From: Candidatus Bathyarchaeota archaeon
GTDB lineage: Archaea; Thermoproteota; Bathyarchaeia; Bathyarchaeales; Bathycorpusculaceae
Assembly (NCBI GenBank): GCA_963702095.1
Contig: OY969706.1
Span: 2,784,001 to 2,848,000, forward strand
Direction of reading: 5' to 3'
DNA: 64,000 nt
Shown: positions 40,104-50,101 of the stretch, piece after piece
Numbering within the stretch: the stretch's first letter is position 1
Layout of the letters: each line of letters opens with the position of its first letter
Position numbers and translations under genes: made by a program
Notes under the pieces: model-generated
Database searches by the model: none
What the model saw: the letters and a program-made list of their open reading frames with translations, nothing else
Told to the model about the DNA's origin: nothing

Positions 40104-40534
40104 TTTTTATTGACTCCAACATTTGGTGCTATTATTTTGATCAGCGCCTGCCTGAACATCAATTGGTACGTGAACCAATTCGACAAATACTTATGTCCTC
40201 TCAGGAGATTATCTGCAACACAATTGTAGTGATGGAAATTGCTCATTATCTTGTCAGACACTTTTGTGAAGATGATGCTAGAATCAAAATTGAACACTTC
40301 ATCAAGTTGGGTAACATGAGAATCATAGATTTTGACGCTAAGATAATGACTGAGAGTCTAGATACTCTTTTGAATTACAATTACAGCCATGGATTAGGTG
40401 GTAGAGACTCAACCATATTGGCAACCATGAACTTACATGACATTAAAACGCTAATGACCCATGATGATGTATTAAAAAGGATATCTAACAAAACACATTA
40501 CAATATAATCGATCCTGCAACAAAAAATCAATAG
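40100..40534 (+). CDS. vapC: PIN domain toxin
   Basis: IFIDSNIW, GGRDSTILA, LMTHD; TTGA overlap with antitoxin. Confidence 0.88.
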   Translation: MIFIDSNIWCYYFDQRLPEHQLVREPIRQILMSSQEIICNTIVVMEIAHYLVRHFCEDDARIKIEHFIKLGNMRIIDFDAKIMTESLDTLLNYNYSHGLGGRDSTILATMNLHDIKTLMTHDDVLKRISNKTHYNIIDPATKNQ

Positions 40535-40543
40535 AATTTGTAG

Positions 40544-40618
40544 TGCTCCGGCCGGGATTCGAACCCGGGTCGCCGACTCGAAAGGCCGGCATACTTGACC
40601 GGACTATACTACCGGAGC
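40544..40618 (-). tRNA. tRNA-Glu(TTC), no intron, CCA not encoded
   Basis: GCTCCGG/CCGGAGC acceptor stem, CCGGC-CT-TTC-GA-GTCGG, GTTCGAATC. Confidence 0.95.
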
Positions 40619-40688
40619 GCCAATGCTAGAAGCATCAAGCAGAATACAATTTCCCTCGAATAAACATTACCCTTCCACAAAGGCTGTT

Positions 40689-41228
40689 TTAGCTCACAAG
40701 CTTGTTTTGTTTGCCTTTTTTTTGAGTAAACAAGAACCCAGTTATTTGATCTACAAGTTTAGCTTGGTTCTTGTTGGCTTCTTCGAGTTTTTCTATTCTT
40801 TTTTCTATATCGCTTGAGAGGATTTTGCCTTCGATGCGGTTGGCACTACGGAACATAAGCATCATCCTAAAAACCTCGTCAACCGCCTTCTCCTGTTCCA
40901 TGAAGGAGGCAGGTTTAATCCCCACAACCACAGAGAGCAAGTCAACGTAGTGTTCTTTAATTTTGAGTTCAGCGCTCACCGAGGGGTCTTTGGGGAAAGC
41001 GATGTTTAGCGGAGTCTGCTTGGCGAGTTCAGCGGCGGTGGGAAAACGGATGATGATGTCGCCGCGTATCCAAGACGACACAAATTCAGTGGTGATTTTT
41101 CTGATGTCTTGCCGTGAGTAGAGGACTGAGGGTTCCGCTGGCACCTCAGGTTTACGTTTGATTCTGACGCTAATTATCTTTTTTTCATCCGAGTTGCCAT
41201 TTGGATTGGACATGTGCCTTCTATCCAC
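40689..41228 (-). CDS. hypothetical protein with C-terminal coiled coil
   Basis: Long ORF with upstream TATA; IEKRIEKLEEANK heptads. Confidence 0.65.
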   Translation of the reverse strand: MDRRHMSNPNGNSDEKKIISVRIKRKPEVPAEPSVLYSRQDIRKITTEFVSSWIRGDIIIRFPTAAELAKQTPLNIAFPKDPSVSAELKIKEHYVDLLSVVVGIKPASFMEQEKAVDEVFRMMLMFRSANRIEGKILSSDIEKRIEKLEEANKNQAKLVDQITGFLFTQKKGKQNKLVS

Positions 41229-41291
41229 TCTTTCTTCTAACCGCTACTCTCCTAAGCAAGGACTAGTATATAAAAAACAGCTTGGAAGTTG

Positions 41292-42581
41292 CTAAAAAGA
41301 GATTTTCGCCGCCGAAGGAATCTTGCCTAAAACCTTAGCAGTTGCTTTCTCGACCTCGGCGCGGTTTACTTGATCAGTGTAGACCCGTAGGATGTTCATG
41401 AAGCCTCTGAGGGTTTCAAAGATCCTAGAGCTCTCGCTTAGTCGTTGCAGCTTCTTTTCTCCAGCGGGGCTACGGGTAAACACTGGGATTTCGGTGGATT
41501 CCATCAAAACCGCATGATGATAAGGCACGGATGGCACCGTGGGCACATCGATGATTACGTCGTCTAATTCGACGCCTGCTTCCTTGGCAATTTCACTTTG
41601 CACCTGCTTGCGGTAGGATTCTCTTCCGAACAGGTTGCTTATCATGGCGTCTTTCTCGTAGAACGTCCGCTCGTAGGCGCATTTGAGCATACGGCGGTTT
41701 TCAAGGTTGCCGATGATTTCGTTGGATGCCCTGCATTTTTTAAGCGCCGTCCAAACTGTGTAGTCATCGAGTGCAATGTATTCTTCGGGGGTTTTGAATG
41801 CAGTTAAGCCGAGTTCACTGTTGGCTTTATCCATGGCGGTTGCCAACATAATCTGGGCTGCCCGCCCGACGCGGTGGAAGTAGATGCTTTTGAAGGATTC
41901 GATTCGGGCTATGACGAAGGCTTCCAGGGCTGAGAGCGCGCCTAGTTCAACCGCCAAGTTCTCGCCCATAACGTCCAATGCATGGATGAGGCGGTATACG
42001 TCTATGAAGCCGTATTCTGCGCCTGTGTGATAGGTGTCGCGGACGATGAAGTCCTGTTTATCCACATCGACGGCGCTGCTTATTATCTGGTCGAGGAACG
42101 CGCGGTCCTTCTTGTGGAGTTTTCCAACGGCTAAGCCAGCGACTTCTTTGGGGTTGTAGCCCATTTTGCCGAGTTTGTCGGCGAGTTCACTTTTCTCGAC
42201 AATCCACTCTGTCATGTCTTCATGGGTTTTATCGAGGTCTTTGATTAGGAGATGTTCAAAGACGTGGCTGAAGGGGCCGTGTCCACAGTCATGCAACAGG
42301 GCGGATAGGCGGCACATGTCGATTTCTTCGTCACAGACCACTTTGGAAATGTTAGGGTTCACCAGCACCTGCCCCGCAAGGAACATGACGCCTAAACTGT
42401 GTTCGAAGCGCGTGTGGTTGGCGCCGGGATAAACGTACTCGGAACCCGCCAGTTGCCGTAATCTGCGTAGGCGCTGCATGGGGTAGGTGTCTATGATGGT
42501 TTTTTCTTGCTCAGTAATGTAGACGTATCCATGCACTGGATCTTTGATTTCTCCCCAGTAGGCTTTTGGCACAAGCGTCAA
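41292..42581 (-). CDS. HD-domain phosphohydrolase (SAMHD1/dGTPase-like)
   Basis: DPVHG, QRLRRLRQL, HTRFEHSLG, LLHDCGHGPFSH, DVDKQD. Confidence 0.92.
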   Translation of the reverse strand: MTLVPKAYWGEIKDPVHGYVYITEQEKTIIDTYPMQRLRRLRQLAGSEYVYPGANHTRFEHSLGVMFLAGQVLVNPNISKVVCDEEIDMCRLSALLHDCGHGPFSHVFEHLLIKDLDKTHEDMTEWIVEKSELADKLGKMGYNPKEVAGLAVGKLHKKDRAFLDQIISSAVDVDKQDFIVRDTYHTGAEYGFIDVYRLIHALDVMGENLAVELGALSALEAFVIARIESFKSIYFHRVGRAAQIMLATAMDKANSELGLTAFKTPEEYIALDDYTVWTALKKCRASNEIIGNLENRRMLKCAYERTFYEKDAMISNLFGRESYRKQVQSEIAKEAGVELDDVIIDVPTVPSVPYHHAVLMESTEIPVFTRSPAGEKKLQRLSESSRIFETLRGFMNILRVYTDQVNRAEVEKATAKVLGKIPSAAKISF

Positions 42582-42639
42582 CTCAGTTACAAATTATTAT
42601 CTATGTGTCTCCCTATAATGTGTAGCGCTGTGTGCACGT

Positions 42640-43257
42640 ATGGTTAAGAAGGGCATTTTCATAGTTATCGAAGGGTTGGATGGCAGCGGCAAAACCACCC
42701 AAACCACACTGCTAGCCGAGAAACTGTCGCAGACCTACAGAGTTCACCTTACCGCCGAGCCCAGCAGGGGCAAAATCGGCATGTTTATCCGCGAAGGCTG
42801 CCTCTACGAGCAAACCCGCCTCCCCACCGAAGCCGAAGCGCTACTGTTCGCAGCAGACCGCATCGAACACATGCAAACCGAACTCAAACCCGCCCTCGAC
42901 GAAGGCAAAATCGTCATCTGCGACCGCTACACCTACTCCACACTGGCGTATCAGGGCAGTGCAGGGTTGAGCTTGGACTGGATAAAAACTATCAACGCCC
43001 GGGCATTGCAACCTGACTTCGCAATATTCATCGATGTGCCGCCTGAAAAGGTGATTGAGCGTTTGCAACGCAAGAAATCGGTGATGGAGACGCTGGAGAT
43101 CCAGCAGAAGGTCCGAGAGGTTTACTTGAAGTTCGTCGAGAGAGGCGATTTGATCAAGATGGATGGGGACAGAGCCAAAGAAGTGGTGGCGGACGAATTG
43201 TACCAAAAAGTGGTGGAGTTGATTGGGCCCGTCAAAGACTACGTCTCGGCAGTTTGA
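42640..43257 (+). CDS. tmk: thymidylate kinase
   Basis: IEGLDGSGKTT, LLFAADR, CDRY..STLAYQ. Confidence 0.95.
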   Translation: MVKKGIFIVIEGLDGSGKTTQTTLLAEKLSQTYRVHLTAEPSRGKIGMFIREGCLYEQTRLPTEAEALLFAADRIEHMQTELKPALDEGKIVICDRYTYSTLAYQGSAGLSLDWIKTINARALQPDFAIFIDVPPEKVIERLQRKKSVMETLEIQQKVREVYLKFVERGDLIKMDGDRAKEVVADELYQKVVELIGPVKDYVSAV

Positions 43258-43333
43258 CTAAAAAATTGTCGGCGGCTCCTACACGCCTACGGGTGAGTGC
43301 ATGGGTTGGATGTTAACAATCAAATAGGCTGCG

Positions 43334-46300
43334 TTATTTTGTTTGGGGGAACTCGATGATGAATTCTGTGCCCTTTTTCTCTTGACTATCAAAGTTTATG
43401 GTGCCGCCAAGCCCCTCAACCAACCGCTTCACAACCGCCAACCCCAAGCCTTGGCCTTTGGATTTGGTGGTGAAGAGCGGCGTGAACATTCTTGTCTGCA
43501 CATCTGCTGGGATGCCGACGCCTGTATCTGCAACAGCGATGATTGTGTTATCTTTTTTCTTGGTTGCTGTCAAAGTGAGTTTACCCTCTTCTTGCATCGC
43601 TTGAACCGCGTTAGTTATCAGGTTAGTGAGAATTCTCCGCATGTAGGCGACATCAGTATTTATCGGCTTAGCTCTTTCATCGATTTTAGTAGAGACTTCT
43701 ATGTCTTTTGGGATACTGATTGTTAACAGTGTGCCTTCGATGAGTTCAGCGAGGTCTGCGTCTTGCAGGTTAGGCTTTAATGGTCGCGTGTAGTCTTGGA
43801 GGTCGCTTACGATTTTGTTGATGTATGTAAGGTTCTGGTTGACTGAATCGACGCTCTCCAAGATAGCCTGTTTGTTTTCGTCGTCCTGCATGGCTTTGGT
43901 TTCTTCAGCGATGATGTAAATGTCGCTTGTGATCGCCTGCAGGGGATTGCGGATGTCATGGCCCACCATGCCTGCGGTCTGCCCGATTGCAGCTAACCGC
44001 TCAGAATTCTTAAGTTCCTGTGCCCTTTGCTCGGCAAGCTCCTCCATTTGGCTAGCGTATTCCTCAAGAACAACAGCGTTTTCCTCTAGTTTCTTTTGGG
44101 CTATGGCTCGTGCTTCCTCTGTCTGTTTTAACTCGTCGATGTCTGTGGAGTAGATGCGTATGTTTTGTGTGTACGGCACCAAGTAGAGTTGTTGGTGGTA
44201 CCAGTGTCCGTTAACTTGGACCTCTCGACCAAACGTATTTGTGTTTAGGTCGCTGAATCTCTTTGCAGCTTCTTTCCAATCAATGAAGAACGGATGGTCT
44301 AAGCCTAATTTCGCTAAATCGGGAAATATCCTGGCGGTTGCAGGGTTAATGAATGTTAATTTCCCGTCGCCAGTGACTTCTATGACTGGGCTAGGGTTAA
44401 GTGTTGGGAAAGACGCTAAGCGGGCAATTTCTTTTTCAGCGCGTTCTTTTTCTTTGCGTAGTCGAAGCATTGTTATTCCCTGCGAAAAATCGCTCGCCAA
44501 CTCAGTGAGCAGTTTTATTTCGTCTTCTGAACGAGCATAGGACTCTTTCGAATACAGCGTTAATGCGCCGAAAACTTTGCTTTCCGACTTAAGAGGCAAA
44601 GCAATGGACGACTCAAAGCCTCTTTTGAGTGCCTCTTCCCGCCATGGCGTAAACACTGGGTCTTCATGCATATCTGCACAGAATTGGGGTTTACCTGTGC
44701 GGATTGCTCTACCGGTTGGTCCTCGCCCGCGTTCCGTGTCCGCCCACGTTATCCTCAACGTGTTTAAGTAGCCTTCATCTAAGCCGGCATACGCTACTGG
44801 GCGAACCGTTTTGGCTGCGTCGTCTTCAGCTAATCCTACCCACACCATTTTGTAACCGCAGTTTTCAACGATTATTCTACAGGCATCTTGCAAAAACGAT
44901 TTTTCATCAGTGGCTCGTATGAGTGCTTGGTTGCTGTCGCTTATGGCTCTTAGGGTGCGGTTGAGTTTTTTAAGCTGTTCCTCGCCTTTTTTGCGTTCAG
45001 TCAAATCCACGTTGGATTCCAATATGCTTTTAATTTCGCCGCCTTCTGTCTGCTCGGCAAGCCACCAGCTCTGCACAACCACTTCTTTGCCCTGTTTTGT
45101 TTTGTGACTAAGTTCTCCTGTCCAGCGCTGTTTTTCATTCAGCTCTGTGATAATGTCGTGAAAGGGTTGAGGATATTTTGTTTCAAATAGTTCATAGGTC
45201 GTTTTTCCTATGGCTTCTTTTTTTGTCCAGCCATAGAGTTTCTCTGCGCCCCTGCTCCAGAAGGTTATGGTGCCATCCATCTTACGCACTATTACGGCAT
45301 CTGGGCTTAAATCGATTAAATCGGCTTGGCGGCGGATAGCTTCTTCGGTTTTCTTGCGCTCTGTTATATCACGGAAAACAAGCACGACTCCACAGATTTC
45401 GCCGTCTCTAACTATGGGTGCTCCACTGTCGTCGATGGGAATTTCTGTCCCGTCTTTGCATATTAGAAGCGTATGGTTAGCTAAACCGACAATAAGTCCC
45501 TCTTCTAGGACTCTGTCAACTGGGCTTTCGACTGGTTTTCGGTTTAACTCATTGATGATTTGGAATACTTGTTTAACCGGTTTGTGCTTGGCTTCTTCAA
45601 GGGTCCAGCCGGTTAATGCTTCAGACACAGGGTTCATGAAGGTGATTTTGCCCTCAGTATCAGTTGCTATGACAGCGTCGCCGATACTGGACAGGGTGGT
45701 TGACCACCATAGTTCGCTTTCTTTTAGGGCTTCTTCGGCTTTCTTTCGCTCGGTGACATCTTGCACCATCCCCACTGAAAGATAAATTTTTCCAGCGTCA
45801 TCTCGAATGTGCGTACATTTTTCGTGAACAAACCGGGTTTCACCGTTGTCTTTTCTTACGACTCTATGCTCAATTTCATAGCCCCCTTTTCCTTCACGCA
45901 CAGAACCAGAATATGCGTCGTCGACGGATGTGCGGTCGTCAGGGTGGATAGCAGCCAAGAAGGCTTCGTAAGTGGCGTCGAACTCTTGGGGTTTTAACCC
46001 AAAGATTCGGTAGACCTCATCTGACCATGACAGCTTGTTTTCTTTTAGGTCAAGTTCCCAGCTACCAAGATGAGCGATTTCTTGGCTTCGATTAAGCATT
46101 TCTTCGTTTTTTAGCAGTAGCTGTTCAGTTTGCTTGCGTTCAGTGATGTCTTCGAAAACAGAGACAAAATAGCCCTTGCTCGGACTATAAGCGGAGATGT
46201 GGAACCACTTGTTACGTACCTCGGCGAACCGTTCAGTTGTTATGGGTTCACCTGTTAAAGCAACCTTGCCGTAGACGTTAATCCAATCAGCAGGGTCTCT

Positions 46301-46525
46301 TTGGAGGTTTGGAAGAACTTCTGTGGCTCTTTTTCCGACCACAGATTCTTTTTTGACCCCGTTTATTCTCTCGTAGGCTTCGTTGACGTCGAGGTAAACC
46401 CAGTCAACTGGTTTTCCAGCTTGGTCAGTAATTAATTGGCAGTAGGCTATGCCCTCAGAGATTTTTGAGGAGAACAAATCCATCTGGGGTGGGTCAGGTC
46501 TTGTTTGGGGCGCTATTTCAGTCAA
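43334..46525 (-). CDS. cytoplasmic multi-PAS/GAF sensor histidine kinase
   Basis: Repeated DITERK PAS junctions, GAF (GRGPTGRAIRTG), HDIRNPL, NAVQA, DTGVGI, GQGLGL. Confidence 0.95.
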   Translation of the reverse strand: MTEIAPQTRPDPPQMDLFSSKISEGIAYCQLITDQAGKPVDWVYLDVNEAYERINGVKKESVVGKRATEVLPNLQRDPADWINVYGKVALTGEPITTERFAEVRNKWFHISAYSPSKGYFVSVFEDITERKQTEQLLLKNEEMLNRSQEIAHLGSWELDLKENKLSWSDEVYRIFGLKPQEFDATYEAFLAAIHPDDRTSVDDAYSGSVREGKGGYEIEHRVVRKDNGETRFVHEKCTHIRDDAGKIYLSVGMVQDVTERKKAEEALKESELWWSTTLSSIGDAVIATDTEGKITFMNPVSEALTGWTLEEAKHKPVKQVFQIINELNRKPVESPVDRVLEEGLIVGLANHTLLICKDGTEIPIDDSGAPIVRDGEICGVVLVFRDITERKKTEEAIRRQADLIDLSPDAVIVRKMDGTITFWSRGAEKLYGWTKKEAIGKTTYELFETKYPQPFHDIITELNEKQRWTGELSHKTKQGKEVVVQSWWLAEQTEGGEIKSILESNVDLTERKKGEEQLKKLNRTLRAISDSNQALIRATDEKSFLQDACRIIVENCGYKMVWVGLAEDDAAKTVRPVAYAGLDEGYLNTLRITWADTERGRGPTGRAIRTGKPQFCADMHEDPVFTPWREEALKRGFESSIALPLKSESKVFGALTLYSKESYARSEDEIKLLTELASDFSQGITMLRLRKEKERAEKEIARLASFPTLNPSPVIEVTGDGKLTFINPATARIFPDLAKLGLDHPFFIDWKEAAKRFSDLNTNTFGREVQVNGHWYHQQLYLVPYTQNIRIYSTDIDELKQTEEARAIAQKKLEENAVVLEEYASQMEELAEQRAQELKNSERLAAIGQTAGMVGHDIRNPLQAITSDIYIIAEETKAMQDDENKQAILESVDSVNQNLTYINKIVSDLQDYTRPLKPNLQDADLAELIEGTLLTISIPKDIEVSTKIDERAKPINTDVAYMRRILTNLITNAVQAMQEEGKLTLTATKKKDNTIIAVADTGVGIPADVQTRMFTPLFTTKSKGQGLGLAVVKRLVEGLGGTINFDSQEKKGTEFIIEFPQTK

Positions 46526-46702
46526 CCAGCCTTATGACGTTATTTTCTATAAAGCTCAGTAGGGATTTATTATGTTTTTTGACACATACTTGGTTTCTAT
46601 TCGGGCAAATCAGTGCAATAATTAGCATAAAAGGATGGCAGAGATTGGAAAATTCTTAAATCCCCAAACTGCATCACAGACAAGTTAAAGGTGTAAATTA
46701 AA

Positions 46703-47638
46703 TTGGCACAACAACCACTAACATTCAAAACAGTTTTTGTTTTCCTAGACACAGACAAGTATTGCAGCCCATTCGACATGCTCGTAGCCATAGACGCATT
46801 CCCCGACTCCATGATATTCAAGTTCGAGAACGTTACGGGCGAAGACGCTCCCAAAATCGTGTTTGATCTTCTTTTCCCGCGAGGTCCAGAAGGCGCAAAG
46901 CACACAAAGATCTTCATCAACGGTAGCAACTTTGAAGAAGTAGAGAAAGTCGTCGCAGCCACCCAGAAAGCCATGAAGTCCGCGCCATGGGGAAACAGCA
47001 TCATCGTTGACCCAAGAGGCGGATACAGCACCGCAGCCGCAGCCGTCGCCAAAACCTTCGGCGCATCCAAGGAAAAAGGACTCGGCGAACTAAAGGGCAA
47101 AAAAGTCACGGTTTTAGCAGGCACAGGTCCAGTCGGGCAAACCGCCGCTCGCATATACGCATCAGAGGAAGCCGACGTAACAATCACCAGCCGCTCACTC
47201 GCTAAAGGGCAACTTGTCGCAGACAAAATCAACGCTGAATGCGGCGCCGTACGCGTTAAAGTCGTTGAAGTCAGCAAGCCAGAGCAGACAGCTACAGCGG
47301 TTAAAGATGCAGAAATCATTCTCTCCGCAGGCGCAGGAGGCATCCAGCTTCTATCCGCAGCAGACCTTGCAGCTGCACCTAACTGCAAAATCGTCGCAGA
47401 CATCAACGCCATCAAACCACTCGGCGTGGAGGGCTTAGGACCCAACGATGATAAAGAAATGAAGCCGGGCGTTTGGGGCATCGGCGCATTAGCCATTGGC
47501 AAACTGAAGATAAAAACTGAAACCGAAATGATTAAGCGTGCCACCGCTGAGCCATCGGGACTCTTTGACTATTCAATCGCCTATACCATCGCTAAAGAAG
47601 CTATCCTCAAGAAACTGGCAAAAGCAGCTGCCAAGTAA
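46703..47638 (+). CDS. NAD(P)-dependent methylene-H4MPT/H4F dehydrogenase (MtdA/MtdB-like)
   Basis: DTDKYCSPFD, FPRGP, DPRGGYSTAAA, AGTGPVG, DINAIKPLGVEG, GIGALAIGKLK. Confidence 0.85.
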   Translation: MAQQPLTFKTVFVFLDTDKYCSPFDMLVAIDAFPDSMIFKFENVTGEDAPKIVFDLLFPRGPEGAKHTKIFINGSNFEEVEKVVAATQKAMKSAPWGNSIIVDPRGGYSTAAAAVAKTFGASKEKGLGELKGKKVTVLAGTGPVGQTAARIYASEEADVTITSRSLAKGQLVADKINAECGAVRVKVVEVSKPEQTATAVKDAEIILSAGAGGIQLLSAADLAAAPNCKIVADINAIKPLGVEGLGPNDDKEMKPGVWGIGALAIGKLKIKTETEMIKRATAEPSGLFDYSIAYTIAKEAILKKLAKAAAK

Positions 47639-47760
47639 GCAGCTCCAACTTTTTCTTTTTACTTTTAGGCTAGTTCTGTTTTAACAGAAAAATATCGGTT
47701 GGCTTCTTTGCAGAGCACCCAAGAAACTTAAATATGTTGACAGCTTAAAAAGAGCCCAAG

Positions 47761-48822
47761 ATGGCTACTCTCCCTGAAACCTTCAAGCAACTATTCAACA
47801 CAAGCCTATCAAACGGCGAAATCATAACTTCCATAATCATATTCATCATCGTTGCCTGCGTCGGGTGGGGTGCCTACTTGATTTTCAACAGGTACTTTTG
47901 CAAGTGGGCAAAGAAAACCACAACAAATCTTGACGACCAAATCATCGCCGCTGTAAAACTCATCATAATAATAATGATAGTTGTCTTCGGCATCGAAGGC
48001 GCCCTACAGCCACTATCAATTCTGCAGCCCTACCACGAAACACTCATCCAAGTCTTCGCAGTAATAGAAATCCTCTTAGGAGCATTCGCAGTCACCCGCG
48101 TAGCGAACATATTCGCAGACTGGTACACCTCTAAAAAAAATCTGGAAACCAAAAACAGCCCTCACTTGCTTTTCCTTTTAAAGAAAATCATACAGATCGT
48201 CGTTTTTGTAGTAGCGCTTCTTATAATTCTCTACGTCCTTGATGTAAACCTCACCGGCGCGGTAGTCGGGTTGGGAGTTGGAGGCATCGCCATAGCCTTC
48301 GCCCTACAAAGCACGCTCGGCGATTTCTTCAGTGCCTTCTCCATCTACTTTGACCGTCCCTTCGAAATCGGAGACTTCATAATCGTCGGCGACCAAGCAG
48401 GTACAGTCAAAGCCATTGGCATCCGCTCCACAAGGTTGCAGCTTCTGCAAGGTGAAGAACTAGTCTTGCCCAACCAACAATTAACCAGCTCCAACGTAAG
48501 GAACTTTAGAAAACTAAAAAGACGCCGCATAGTACTTAACATCGGAGTAACCTACGAGACATCCTCTGAGAAACTCCAAAAAATCCCAAGCATAATAACC
48601 GATATAATCAATAAGATGGAGATAGCGACTCTTGAACGCGTGCACTTCACGGAATTCGCCGATTTCAGTTTGAAATTCTTGATTATTTACTACGTTGAGT
48701 CAGCCGACTGGGGCGAATACCTCAAAGTACAAGAGAAAATCAACTACGCCATAAAAGAGGAGTTTGAGAAGGAAGGCATCGAGATGGCGTATCCAACAAG
48801 CACCGTTTTCGTCAAAAAGTAG
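47761..48822 (+). CDS. mscS: small-conductance mechanosensitive channel
   Basis: GLGVGGIAIAFALQ, DRPFEIGD, IGIRST, GIEMAYPT. Confidence 0.93.
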   Translation: MATLPETFKQLFNTSLSNGEIITSIIIFIIVACVGWGAYLIFNRYFCKWAKKTTTNLDDQIIAAVKLIIIIMIVVFGIEGALQPLSILQPYHETLIQVFAVIEILLGAFAVTRVANIFADWYTSKKNLETKNSPHLLFLLKKIIQIVVFVVALLIILYVLDVNLTGAVVGLGVGGIAIAFALQSTLGDFFSAFSIYFDRPFEIGDFIIVGDQAGTVKAIGIRSTRLQLLQGEELVLPNQQLTSSNVRNFRKLKRRRIVLNIGVTYETSSEKLQKIPSIITDIINKMEIATLERVHFTEFADFSLKFLIIYYVESADWGEYLKVQEKINYAIKEEFEKEGIEMAYPTSTVFVKK

Positions 48823-48977
48823 TTGCCCCTTTGCCCATTCTGTGTTGTGCGTAACAGGGCTTTTTTAAAATGGGCTGCGAATTACATCTGTTTTTCGTCG
48901 CACAAGTAAGTAATACTTAAATTTAAATAACCGTTTCAGCCTAAAAAGAACTTTCCACAGAGGGGAGGGAAAAGTTA

Positions 48978-50063
48978 GTGGATTTATTAAGCATAGATTT
49001 CCTCGTAAACATCGCAATAATCGCGGTTGCCATCGTTTTCTTAAACCTGACTAGCGATGTAGTAATTAAATACGCTACCAAAATCGCTGCTATATCCAAG
49101 TTGGGCAAAACCTCTGTCGGCTTCACCTTGATTTCGCTATCCACTACGCTGCCAGAGTTGACTGTGGCGTTGTCTGCAGCCATATCTGGCGGTGCAGCCT
49201 TATCCATCGGAAACGCCATAGGCTCCAACATCTTCAACATATCCGCCATACTGGGCATAGGTGCAGTACTCTTGGGCGCAAATATTTTCGTGCAATGCAA
49301 AAGAAAGAAAACAATTTCAGTCAGCAACAACAATATCCTCCCTAACTTTGTCGAGTCAGAGCTAAGCAACATTCAGTTCGGCTTGTTCGTAGCTTCGATG
49401 GTGCCGCTGATTTTGCTCTACATTCCGCAGGATTGGGCATGGCTTGTAGGGCTAATTCTGCTCACGGTGTTCGGCATCTACATTTACAGGCTGACTAGAG
49501 TGCGGATAACCACCGACGAAGCCGACGTAGAAACAGAACCAGGAGACAAAGGCAAACTCAAACGGTTCATAGTCTTCACGATTCTAGGTGCTTTAGGTGT
49601 AGTTGTGAGCGCCAACTTTATGGTTGAGTCAGCCATCGTCATAGCTACATCCGCAGGTGTCTCTCAGGAGATCATTGGAGCCACTGTAGTTGCGTTGGGC
49701 ACCAGCCTTCCCGAGTTAAGCATAGGCATCAAATCCATACTCAGAGGACACGCCAACTTGGCGATAGGCAACATTATCGGCTCAGCCTTCTTCAACACAA
49801 CCCTCATCTTAGGTGTAACGATGTTTGTGCCCACATTGTTGGGTAATGCCGTCAATCTGGAAATGTCGGTTTACCTTAACCTGATACTGTTCTCGATAAT
49901 CATCAACACATTCTTCTGGTACTTCCTGTCCAGAAGGAAAATCGCTTGGAAAGAAGGCGTAGTGCTGCTAACAATTTATGTGCTGTTCATTATTACTACG
50001 ATTGGCGCAGGTGCATTCTCTTTTGGACCTGCCGCTGCTTTTTCCGCGATAGGTCTCTGTTAA
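48978..50063 (+). CDS. sodium/calcium exchanger family (CaCA) protein
   Basis: Alpha repeats STTLPEL..GSNIFN and GTSLPEL..GSAFFN. Confidence 0.92.
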   Translation: MDLLSIDFLVNIAIIAVAIVFLNLTSDVVIKYATKIAAISKLGKTSVGFTLISLSTTLPELTVALSAAISGGAALSIGNAIGSNIFNISAILGIGAVLLGANIFVQCKRKKTISVSNNNILPNFVESELSNIQFGLFVASMVPLILLYIPQDWAWLVGLILLTVFGIYIYRLTRVRITTDEADVETEPGDKGKLKRFIVFTILGALGVVVSANFMVESAIVIATSAGVSQEIIGATVVALGTSLPELSIGIKSILRGHANLAIGNIIGSAFFNTTLILGVTMFVPTLLGNAVNLEMSVYLNLILFSIIINTFFWYFLSRRKIAWKEGVVLLTIYVLFIITTIGAGAFSFGPAAAFSAIGLC

Positions 50064-50101
50064 AGACTTGCTTAGTTGCGTAAAATAGCTGGGAAAAAAA
50101 A

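Noticed and set aside
46597-47544. 315-aa minus-strand ORF
   Set aside because: Antisense shadow of the Mtd-like gene; Ser/Ala-rich with no motifs. The same applies to most short nested ORFs in the track.
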